NCBI GenBank assembly: GCA_000405685.1 | Contig: ASPF01000013.1 | Location: 11,055-75,054, forward strand | From: Candidatus Geocrenenecus sp. JGI 0000106-J15 | GTDB lineage: Archaea; Thermoproteota; Nitrososphaeria_A; Caldarchaeales; Wolframiiraptoraceae | Length of the DNA: 64,000 nucleotides | Reading direction: 5' to 3' | In this document: one piece after another, positions 1-8,484 of the stretch | How positions within the stretch are numbered: the stretch's first letter is position 1 | Layout: each line of letters begins with the position of its first letter | Notes under the pieces: generated by a model | The model's input: the letters and a program-made list of their open reading frames with translations, nothing else | The model's database searches: none | What the model was told of the DNA's origin: nothing | Program-made: the position numbers and the translations under genes

Positions 1-1
1 A

Positions 2-1339
2 TATACTTTCAACTTGTATGAAAAGCCTTTATCAGCTGAAATTAAAGTTTATCTTGAAGATGGTAATCAATATTTCAAATTCAAGACTGATAGCTCAGGT
101 TTAGCAGAGACAGGCGAGTTCCTTCCTATAACATATAAATTCAAAGCATATGTTATGGATGTAGAATGCGGTGAAGTAATTGTCCAGCCTCAAGCTTCTG
201 AGTCATATACGATTAAGCTGAACGTTAGGAACACTTACATTAAACTATATGATAAAGATCGAGAATCAACTATCCCAGATTCATTAATAGAATTATATAC
301 AGAAAAATCGAAGGCAAACAGTATGACGAATGCTTCTGGAATTGCTCTCTTCGAGAATATACCATTAACAAAATATCTGTACAGAGTGTACATGTATGGG
401 TTTAAAGTTGGAGAAGGAGTAGCAGATATAGGCTTAGACAGGCAGTTCCTAGAAGTAGTTGCAGGCGGAATATTAGATTTGAGATTAACTATCGTAGATT
501 CTGATAGACAGCCAGTAGATGGAGGAAAGATAGAAATAACCGTTGGAGATGCAGAGATAACTGCAAATATAGACCAGAATGGTCAGGCTAGAATACCGAA
601 TCTTCCCAATACAACCCTCTATATCGCTGGGCTATACTATAAAGATGTGAAAGTAAAAACAGATACCCGTGAAATAAATCTAGTTAGTGATGAAATGCCT
701 GTGACGATTAGTGCGTCTATCTATACATTAGAAGCCTCTATAAAATTGAAAAATGGTGAATTAATGAAGTTCGGAGAAGTTAATATCTATGTTAGCGGTA
801 GGAAGACTTCAAAGATCGTTCTCTCAGAAACCAATCCATTTATTGAGAGGCTTCCAGGAGGAGAATTAACGATAGAAGTAGTATTCAAGAATGTCAAGGT
901 AGCGTCTAGAAGCTTCACGTTAGATGCTTCAAAAGGATTAACATTGCAAGCTGATGTATACAACTTCGTAAGTACTTTCTATAACACTCTCGGGGAAAGA
1001 TTGGAAGGGCTTAGTCTAAAGATAGAACGTGAAAATACTCTAATAGAAGAATTGGAGACGGATGAGAATGGAATGATAGATACATACTTACCTAGAGGGG
1101 TCTATAAGTTTACAATAAATTATGGAGATCAAGAATATAGTTCTTCGATCGAGATAACTGATACAACTCAGTTGAGCTTCATGCTTCCAGTTCAAGTGCT
1201 TAATCCAATCATCATAATGTTTCTCCCACTAGTAAATGTTTTAATAATGTCATATTATTTCATGAGAAAGCTTAAAACTCGGAGTCTCCTTCAAAAGAAA
1301 AAACCAGCGAAAACAATTAGAAAAGTATTAAAGATATAG
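2..1339 (+). CDS. C-terminal part of a large cell-surface protein with tandem beta-sandwich (CarboxypepD_reg/prealbumin-like) repeats, a C-terminal TM anchor and a Lys-rich tail; the 5' end lies outside the window
   Basis: The frame is open from base 2, with no stop before the TTG at 14. There are five to six ~80-aa repeats with a recurring pattern (D..G.P..ga.v.l...g......TdenG......lp.G.Y). The last 50 aa are a hydrophobic helix (IIIMFLPLVNVLIMSYYF) followed by KLKTRSLLQKKKPAK. Confidence 0.5.
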   Translation, partial: YTFNLYEKPLSAEIKVYLEDGNQYFKFKTDSSGLAETGEFLPITYKFKAYVMDVECGEVIVQPQASESYTIKLNVRNTYIKLYDKDRESTIPDSLIELYTEKSKANSMTNASGIALFENIPLTKYLYRVYMYGFKVGEGVADIGLDRQFLEVVAGGILDLRLTIVDSDRQPVDGGKIEITVGDAEITANIDQNGQARIPNLPNTTLYIAGLYYKDVKVKTDTREINLVSDEMPVTISASIYTLEASIKLKNGELMKFGEVNIYVSGRKTSKIVLSETNPFIERLPGGELTIEVVFKNVKVASRSFTLDASKGLTLQADVYNFVSTFYNTLGERLEGLSLKIERENTLIEELETDENGMIDTYLPRGVYKFTINYGDQEYSSSIEITDTTQLSFMLPVQVLNPIIIMFLPLVNVLIMSYYFMRKLKTRSLLQKKKPAKTIRKVLKI

Positions 1340-1350
1340 AGGGGAGTCGA

Positions 1351-1911
1351 TTGAAGAAGATCAGTAAAATACTAGATCTTTTAATGTTCACATTATTGAT
1401 TATACTATTTGGATTACTGATCTCCGCTATAATTTATAATATTAGAGGAGAAGTCTTCCCTGTACTTGTCGTAAAAAGTGGAAGTATGGAGCCAGTCTTA
1501 TCTAGAGGAGATGTAATCATTATAGAGAATGTCTCTTCTGAAAATATCAAAGCAGATCCAGTAAATGGAGACATTATCGTCTTCTATAAGCCTGGTACAA
1601 ATGTATTGATTGTCCATAGAGCAATACATAAGGTTAAAGAAGGATTCATAACAAAAGGAGATGCAAATGTAGGTTCAGATCATTTTTCACCTATTTCTCC
1701 TGAATATATCGTCGGTAGATGGACTGGGATAAAGATCCCCTCCTGGACAGGTCTTGGATATCTCTCACTATTCCTTAGAGGTGAAATTTATCCACCATAT
1801 GGAAAGATAATATTAGTGGTTTTGATTATTTTAAATGTATTCCTGATTGTGAAAGATGTTTTTTCAAGATTGAAGAAGAATGCTCAGAAAGAGAAGATAG
1901 TAGAATCTTGA
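1351..1911 (+). CDS. Signal peptidase I, archaeal/ER type (S26B, Sec11/SipW-like)
   Basis: N-terminal TM helix, catalytic-Ser box VVKSGSMEPVLSRGDVI, VHRAI and ITKGDAN(V)GSD boxes, and a C-terminal TM helix. TTG start preceded by GGGGAG. Confidence 0.8.
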   Translation: MKKISKILDLLMFTLLIILFGLLISAIIYNIRGEVFPVLVVKSGSMEPVLSRGDVIIIENVSSENIKADPVNGDIIVFYKPGTNVLIVHRAIHKVKEGFITKGDANVGSDHFSPISPEYIVGRWTGIKIPSWTGLGYLSLFLRGEIYPPYGKIILVVLIILNVFLIVKDVFSRLKKNAQKEKIVES

Positions 1912-2518
1912 AGTACTCTTCTACTAGTCTTGTTTCAGCAGTTTTCTTTATAACCTTTACGCAATATGTAATGGAGTTCAGCAGTTCTGAGATGTCGAGT
2001 CCTTGCTTCAAGTATGGGTCCATCTTGCTAACGTTAATAGATAATTCGATCAGTGCGTATGATGCTCTACTATATGGCTCGATGATTCTATCTCCTTCAT
2101 ATGCTTTAATAGCTAAGCAGTAGAAATCCCCTATTCTTCCTTCATCAACGATCTTTTCTATAGTAAACTCGATATATGCTTCAGCATTCTTCAGCCTGGG
2201 TACATCTACTATCTCTGAATTTTCAATTTCTTCTCTAAGATACTTCTCCTTGTCCTTCACGAGATACTTAACGAAAACTGTTGGATCTCGAGTAATATTT
2301 ACCACGCCTTCCCGTCGTTCGAAGAGGTTACTATATGTCCTGGTCTCTTTATAGACTCTTAAGAGGAAACTTGAAAGATCGTTATCTAAGAATCTTAAAC
2401 CCATGGGTGCAGCATCTACCTCTCCACTTCTAGACTTTGTTGTTAAGATAACTTCATAGACTATGTTTGGAGATACGTGGGGTAGAATATCTCTAATATG
2501 TGTATGTCTTCTCTTCAT
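1826..2518 (-). CDS. DUF447 family protein (FMN-binding split-barrel-like), of the type linked to H4MPT/methanopterin gene sets
   Basis: N-terminal YEVILTTKSRSGEVDAAPMGLRF is typical of DUF447. At 230 aa it is ~30 aa longer than usual, and its tail overlaps the convergent signal peptidase gene by 86 nt. Confidence 0.5.
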   Translation of the reverse strand: MKRRHTHIRDILPHVSPNIVYEVILTTKSRSGEVDAAPMGLRFLDNDLSSFLLRVYKETRTYSNLFERREGVVNITRDPTVFVKYLVKDKEKYLREEIENSEIVDVPRLKNAEAYIEFTIEKIVDEGRIGDFYCLAIKAYEGDRIIEPYSRASYALIELSINVSKMDPYLKQGLDISELLNSITYCVKVIKKTAETRLVEEYFKILLSSLSEHSSSILKKHLSQSGIHLK

Positions 2519-2605
2519 AGTTGTTACTTAATTTGTCTACAAGATATCTTTTAAGTTAACCCTAAGAGAAGCATTTAGAATAGGAACCAAAATATATTTC
2601 GATTC

Positions 2606-3517
2606 TTAAGGAGTCCAGCCCGATAAGAGTGTGACTGCAATCGAAGAAGCTAATATATCTGCGGTAGCTCCTGGTCTTGTTCTCCAGCTTCTCCTCATTC
2701 TTCTATCAAGTTCACGTAGTGCTTCTAATCCTTTCTGAGTGCTTACACCTCCTAAACCTAGAATCCTTGAGGCCATGTATGATATCTGGCGAGCTATCGG
2801 TTTTCCACTTCTTCTCAGTATATGTGTATCAGGATAATTTGAGAGAAGTTCGAGGAAGGTTTGAGCAAGAGCTTCTTTTATAGGCATTTTCTTAATATTC
2901 CTTTTCAGTCTCATGGCCCCATACATCGTTCTAGGATAAGTTCTAACCCATTCATATGCTACTATCTCCCTATCAAAAAATGGTCTTAGGGCATGTATAG
3001 GTTTCAGCTTATGTCTTCTTATCTCGATGTAGGTTTCATCGTTTAACACGTCCATGAAAGATATCCTACCCAAGCCTCTAGGCGAGACAAGTTTTATCCC
3101 ATTAAATATATAGATAGTGTCTCTCCAATCCATACTTAGTAATATTCTCTTTAGGTTCTTTTTGAGAGTTTTAAAACTTACTGGTTTAGTCCTTGATAAT
3201 GATGATGCAGCAGCTATAGGAGACATCAGTAATAGTGCTCCTAGATGGGTGTTTCCACCTTTCTGGCATGACATCATATCCTTAACTCCTTCGTAGATTA
3301 CTTTCCCCAAACCTTTACCAGATCTCTTAAGACCAATCTCTGCAGCATTCTTAAAGCAAGAATATAATGTTGAAGAAGATAGAAGAAAATGTTCAAACGA
3401 TGTTTCTTTAAAATCGTGTAGTCTATCAACTAGCCCAGGTTTAGGCGTTGTAGATACTTCTAATAGTAAAGCTGAGACACATTTAGAAGCTATCCAGTCA
3501 TGATCCATACTTAACAT
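2606..3517 (-). CDS. Triphosphoribosyl-dephospho-CoA synthase (CitG/MdcB) family protein
   Basis: The motif EVSTTPKPGLVDR near the N-terminus, the ~300 aa length and the helical composition are typical of the CitG family. Confidence 0.7.
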   Translation of the reverse strand: MLSMDHDWIASKCVSALLLEVSTTPKPGLVDRLHDFKETSFEHFLLSSSTLYSCFKNAAEIGLKRSGKGLGKVIYEGVKDMMSCQKGGNTHLGALLLMSPIAAASSLSRTKPVSFKTLKKNLKRILLSMDWRDTIYIFNGIKLVSPRGLGRISFMDVLNDETYIEIRRHKLKPIHALRPFFDREIVAYEWVRTYPRTMYGAMRLKRNIKKMPIKEALAQTFLELLSNYPDTHILRRSGKPIARQISYMASRILGLGGVSTQKGLEALRELDRRMRRSWRTRPGATADILASSIAVTLLSGWTP

Positions 3518-3520
3518 TCT

Positions 3521-3925
3521 TTATTTCACCATTTTATCTAGTATCTTCGGTATAGATTCTATGGTTGTAAGCCCGAATATTCTAAACTTCTTTAACATTC
3601 TCCAATATGTTAAGTCGATGTTTTTTACTAATCCTTCAAGGAACTTCTTTAGATACATTGTTTTCTCTTCTCCTTCATAGTCCATGTCAAGTAATAGTAT
3701 TACATGTATAGGTTTTAACGTATTGATCTTTTCCAATAAGTCTTCTCTCGACCTATATGTTATGATTGTTCCTTCTATACCTACAGCTTTTAATGCTTTA
3801 AGGTCATTCTCACCTTCAACTATTATCAAAGAACCTTCTTCAGATTCTTTAATTAGCCTCCTAACTATCTCTAAGAGCTCTTCGTATTCTTCGATGCATC
3901 TATGTTTCTTCGAGGGCACCATCAT
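3521..3925 (-). CDS. Small Toprim-domain protein (small primase-like / RNase M5-like)
   Basis: IIVEGENDLKALKAVGI (Toprim Glu) and ILLLDMDYEGEE (DxD acidic cluster). Its stop is 3 nt upstream of the CitG-like start. Confidence 0.6.
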   Translation of the reverse strand: MMVPSKKHRCIEEYEELLEIVRRLIKESEEGSLIIVEGENDLKALKAVGIEGTIITYRSREDLLEKINTLKPIHVILLLDMDYEGEEKTMYLKKFLEGLVKNIDLTYWRMLKKFRIFGLTTIESIPKILDKMVK

Positions 3926-4180
3926 AACTACCTATTCTCTATCACAACATAGAAATTAAGCTTCCATCTATTAACCTATCTATATCTCCTAGAAGAAAAT
4001 AAAATCCTATTATATAATGGTGTCCCTCCATAGTTTAAGAAAAACTGTGTTCAGAAAATGAATAGTTTACCATTTTTTGACAGCTTATTCCATTCGAAAA
4101 GAAGTTTTGTAACTATAGAATAGATACGATTGTATTACCAATCCTTTTTACATATGTAATTTACACTACCCCTCAGGTTC

Positions 4181-4188
4181 GGAGGTGA
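4181..4188 (+). promoter_or_regulatory. Shine-Dalgarno-like GGAGGTGA, 7 nt upstream of the RHH gene ATG
   Basis: GGAGGTGA at 4181-4188 and ATG at 4196. Confidence 0.4.
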
Positions 4189-4195
4189 GAATTGG

Positions 4196-4342
4196 ATGAA
4201 GGTAGTAACAGTTCATCTCCCAGAGGCATACTTAGAAGCAATAGATGAGCTAGTTAGAAGGAAGATCTATCCGAATAGAGCTGAGGCAATAAGAATGGCT
4301 GTAAGAGACTTTATTCAATCGGAGGCAAATATAAGTGAATGA
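4196..4342 (+). CDS. Ribbon-helix-helix (CopG family) protein of 48 aa, CdrS-like, overlapping the ftsZ start
   Basis: Not in the ORF track because it is under 60 aa. The translation is MKVVTVHLPEAYLEAIDELVRRKIYPNRAEAIRMAVRDFIQSEANISE, a beta-strand plus two helices typical of RHH proteins. Its TGA (4340-4342) overlaps the ftsZ GTG at 4335 by 8 nt. Confidence 0.65.
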   Translation: MKVVTVHLPEAYLEAIDELVRRKIYPNRAEAIRMAVRDFIQSEANISE

Positions 4343-5396
4343 CGAAATCTTTATCGATACAGGTTTGATAAATGATGTAAGAATAACGTTGATAGGCGTA
4401 GGAGGAGCTGGATGCAACGCCGTTAATAGATTATCGAATTTACATCTTTGGAAAGTTAATCTAATCGCAGTGAATACCGATGCACAACATCTAGAAATAA
4501 TTAAAGCGCCAAAGAAGATAGTGCTTGGAAAAGCCGTAACAAAGTTTAGAGGCGCAGGCGGTGATCCAGCTAAAGGAAGAGAAGCAGCAGAAGAATCTAT
4601 AGATGAGATTAGAGAAGTAGTTGAAGGCTCAGACATAGTATTTATCTCAGCAGGGTTAGGCGGAGGAACAGGCACAGGTGCAGCACCATTAATAGCTGAA
4701 GTAGCTAGAGAAGAAGGAGCAGTGGTCATAGGTTTCACTACTCTTCCATTTAAGTTTGAAGGAAACGTGAGGAAGAGGATAGCCCTACAAGGTCTAGAAG
4801 AAATGAAACGTAACTGCCATACTGTTATAGCAATAGACAATAATAAACTCTTAGAACTTTATCCACAGTATAGCCTTAATAATGCTTTCGCAATCGCCGA
4901 CGAAGTAATAAGTAACATGATCTTAAGTATCACAGAATCCATTCTAAAGCCTAGTTTAATCAATATAGATTACGCAGACTTTAAAACAATAATGATTAGA
5001 GGGAATCTAGCAGCTCTAGGTATAGGGATGGCGTCAACTCCCAATAGAGCAGAAGAAGCAACCTTCAGTGCTCTAGAATGCCCTCTACTGGATGTAACAT
5101 ATGATGGCTTAACTGGAGCAATAATCCATGTGACAGGCGGAGAAGATATGAAGATTAGTGAAGCAGTAAGACCTGCTGAAATAGTCTCAGAATTAATGGG
5201 AGAAGAAGCCTTGGTAATATGGGGTGCGAGAATAGATAGTTCTTTAGACTCTAAGCTTCAGGTATCGTTAATTCTAACTGGTGTAAGCCGTAGAGAATCA
5301 GAAGCAGCAGTAGACCAAGCGAAGAAGGATGAAGTCTTCAATGAAGAAGATTTAGAGAAGATTATGGAGGAACTAGGTATAAGAAATCTCAGCTGA
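4335..5396 (+). CDS. ftsZ: Cell division GTPase FtsZ
   Basis: GVGGAGCNAVNRL, the tubulin signature GLGGGTGTGAAP, a T7-loop region AIDNNKLL, and an acidic C-terminal tail. Confidence 0.95.
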   Translation: MNDEIFIDTGLINDVRITLIGVGGAGCNAVNRLSNLHLWKVNLIAVNTDAQHLEIIKAPKKIVLGKAVTKFRGAGGDPAKGREAAEESIDEIREVVEGSDIVFISAGLGGGTGTGAAPLIAEVAREEGAVVIGFTTLPFKFEGNVRKRIALQGLEEMKRNCHTVIAIDNNKLLELYPQYSLNNAFAIADEVISNMILSITESILKPSLINIDYADFKTIMIRGNLAALGIGMASTPNRAEEATFSALECPLLDVTYDGLTGAIIHVTGGEDMKISEAVRPAEIVSELMGEEALVIWGARIDSSLDSKLQVSLILTGVSRRESEAAVDQAKKDEVFNEEDLEKIMEELGIRNLS

Positions 5397-7075
5397 AACT
5401 CTTTTTTATCTCCTCCAATTTTTTTATTTTATCTTTTATATCTTTTTCATCAATCTTCTTAAATAATGGTTTAGGCTCTTTTATCTTGTGGCCTGGAAGG
5501 AGAGTTTTCTCAACATCGCTCCATCTTAGTTCATCAACTTTCTTATCTATATTCAAGTATTCTATTAGTTTTTGAGATGTGAAGGGAAGATATGGAGACA
5601 TTATTACTGCAAGAGCATGGATAACCTGGATTAGTACGTACATAGTCCTCGGAGCTTCTTCGAGATTTCTCCAAGGAGATTTTTCATTCAGATACTTATT
5701 GCCTTCCTGAGCTAGATGTAGTATTTCTTTCAATCCTTCTCTGAATTCACATGCCTCGACACACCGCTTAAATCTTTCAACTATATTACAGCATTCATCA
5801 AGCATCTCTTTACTTCTTTGATCCAGCTCTCCTGGCCTTGGAACGACCCCGTCCATTCTTTCATATGTGAATGTTAATACACGATGTACAAAGTTTCCTA
5901 GAGTCCCAATTAACTCTCCATTAATCTTATCTGCGAAATCCTGCCACTTAAAATCTGTATCTTTTGTTTCAGGAGCGATCGCAGTTGCATAATATCTTAT
6001 AATGTCTGGTTCATATTCAGCTAATAATTCATGAAGCCATATAACCCAACCTCTGCTTGTTGAAAGCTTTTCTCCTTCTAGATTTACAAACTCATTCACT
6101 ACTACATTGTATGGAAGAATATATTCTCCATGAGCTATAAGTAGAGCAGGGAATAGAATAGTGTGGAAGAAAAGATTATCTTTACCTATGAAACAATATA
6201 GCTTTGTCTCATGATTCATCCAGAAGTCCCTCCAAGCATCTGGACGGTTTCGAACATTTTCAGCCCAATCTCTTGTCGCAGAAATGTATCCTAGGAGGTT
6301 CTCAGCCCAATTATATATTACCTGGTTTTCTGAACCTGGAAAGGGAGCGGGAGGACCCCATTCATAATCTCTAGTAATATCTTTATCTCTTAATCCCTCT
6401 TTCTCTAACCATGAAATTGTTTTGTTATATGTTGCTTTTCTCCAGTGTTTCTTATCCTTGACATATTCCAATACTTTAGAAGATAATTCACTAAGCTTAA
6501 GGAAGAAATGTGTTTTTCTAATTATTTCAGGCTTGTTTCCACACAAGGTACATCTAGGGTCAAGTATCTCGAAAGATTCATACCATGAACCGCATACTTC
6601 ACATACGTCTCCATATTGGTCTTGTGCTCCACATTTAGGACATGTACCCTTCACGAATCTATCTGGTAGAACCATCTTATCTTTTGGACACCACCACTGC
6701 TTAATCTCTTTTGGATAGATATACCCTTTCTCCCATAGTTTCTTATAGAATTCTTTGACAACTTCATAGTGTATATGCTTGCTAGTACGTGAAAAGATAT
6801 CAAAGCTTATTCCAAGCTTCCCGAAGACCTCTTTCTGTAGTGGATAATATTTATCACATAATTCTTTAGGCTTCATATTCTGTTTGATGGCTTCCAATAC
6901 AATGCTACTTGCATTCTCATCTGTACCGCATACGAATATGACCTCGTCTCCCATTAATCTATGGAATCTCGCAAAAATATCAGATGGTAAATATGCTCCT
7001 GCAAGGTGTCCGAAATGCCTAGGTGCATAAGAATAAGGGAGTGCTGCAGTAATTAGGTATTTTCCGAGGCTCCAT
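5389..7075 (-). CDS. metG: Methionyl-tRNA synthetase; the 5' end is disrupted by an apparent 1-nt insertion
   Basis: Zn-knuckle CPKCGAQDQYGDVCEVCG, a KMSKS-equivalent KLSTSRG, and an anticodon-binding helical domain. The track ORF starts at 6954, but the in-frame upstream codons encode KYLITAALPYSYAPRHFGHLAGAYLPSDIFARFHRL (the HIGH region). The only ATG (7075-7073) is in the -1 frame. Confidence 0.9.
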
Positions 7076-7119
7076 CACCTCTACAATACTCTAAATTAAG
7101 AGTTCTATTTAATATTCGT

Positions 7120-8217
7120 TTAACCTTCTTTTTGAGGATTTAAAGGTTCAAGCCTGGCCTCAACTTCGTCTGAAGATATTTCTGACTCAAGTAGTAGCGT
7201 GGCCTCAACTTCTTCTGCGAATTCTCTTGGAAGCTCTTTATCTATTGATATTTGTTCATCAACTAAATCTATTGGGAAAGGTATTCCAGTTACTATGTTT
7301 ACATTCTTAAGGGTGTAAGCTAATACAGTGTCAAGGTCTACTCCTTCACCAAGTTCTAAGCAGATAGGTGCAGCATACTTTGATAGCCTAGCATGTATTC
7401 TAGGTCTACTAGTTATTTCTTTAACATAATCTATACCATCTTTATCTTCTACATTAATCTTAGAAGTCGGTGGAGATAGGTCTGTAGCTGTCTGTATCCT
7501 AAGCTTATTATTAACATAATTAAATGCATTTTTTCTATTCTCCTCTGGAGTATTCTCTTTTCTTATTATACCTTTTTTAACCATCTCATTATACCATGTT
7601 ACTAAGCTGCTATAGTGTAGGTAGCTCCATTCATCTTCTACAATATCTCTATAATCAAAGTATTTTCCGAATGGCATTAATGAGCGAAGTATAGATCTGT
7701 CATTTCTGTTTAACATAGATTCTTTATCCCATGTTTTAGAGAGGATCCATCCATCTATTGCACATGTCCTAAGCCTTTTTATCACGCCTACTGTTTTACC
7801 TGAATTAACAAGCTTTCTAGTTAAATCTAGAACATGCTTTACTAGCTCCCATCCACTACTATATTCTTCTATTCCAAGGCTTCTTAGGTCTAGATTTTTT
7901 ATCTCGCTGCACCTAGTTCTAAAACCGTAGAATGAGCCATCGATAAGTAGTAAGTCAACATCATATTTTTCAATACATCTTGAAGCCATCTCTCTCTCCT
8001 TAGCTGTCATTAGAAGTGTAAGTATTTTCCTAGTCTGCTGTATATCTCCTATTTGATTAACCATCATGTATCCTCCCACCATGTTTTCATCATCTTTATC
8101 CGATATGATCTTACTGCCATCAAATACCATGTAGCAAGCAGTATAGACCCCTATCCTATAACCTAATCTATCACTAAATGCAGGTGAAGAAGAACCATCC
8201 ACAGCACCTATTCTCAT
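7120..8217 (-). CDS. nurA: NurA-type 5'-3' nuclease (DNA end resection); the true N-terminus is probably upstream, up to 8429
   Basis: IGAVDGSS catalytic Asp motif at the very start of the track ORF, followed by LIDGSF. It lies immediately downstream of herA. The frame stays open to 8421 with protein-like sequence. Confidence 0.75.
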   Translation of the reverse strand: MRIGAVDGSSSPAFSDRLGYRIGVYTACYMVFDGSKIISDKDDENMVGGYMMVNQIGDIQQTRKILTLLMTAKEREMASRCIEKYDVDLLLIDGSFYGFRTRCSEIKNLDLRSLGIEEYSSGWELVKHVLDLTRKLVNSGKTVGVIKRLRTCAIDGWILSKTWDKESMLNRNDRSILRSLMPFGKYFDYRDIVEDEWSYLHYSSLVTWYNEMVKKGIIRKENTPEENRKNAFNYVNNKLRIQTATDLSPPTSKINVEDKDGIDYVKEITSRPRIHARLSKYAAPICLELGEGVDLDTVLAYTLKNVNIVTGIPFPIDLVDEQISIDKELPREFAEEVEATLLLESEISSDEVEARLEPLNPQKEG

Positions 8218-8484
8218 GTCTCTACTTAAGCCTTCAGGAATATCCCTAATCTTTAATAAGCTGTTAATTCTTGAAATTTTCTCTCTTTCAGATTTAATTT
8301 CTTCAAAAGCTTTTGCAGCCGCTTTCTTTGCATATTCATAGAAATCTAATTGAAGCTTGAAGGGCAGCTTACTGAATGCTGAAGGCTTCTCTTCCTCGAA
8401 AATCTTTATTCGCCTCCGATGCTAAACATGGATTACCCTACTTATTAAACTTCTGAAGAATTGGTAGACTTATTCTTATCTCTT

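Noticed and set aside
1826-1911. The 86-nt convergent overlap of the signal peptidase and DUF447 3' ends as a regulatory antisense arrangement
   Set aside because: It is more simply explained by a non-conserved C-terminal extension of the DUF447 ORF (about 30 extra residues) up to the next chance stop. There is no supporting structure or conservation evidence.
4250-4840. A 196-aa ORF antisense to ftsZ
   Set aside because: It lies entirely inside the strongly supported ftsZ gene. Its Ala/Pro/Ser-rich low-complexity translation is the mirror of the Gly/Ala-rich FtsZ core, as expected for a shadow ORF.
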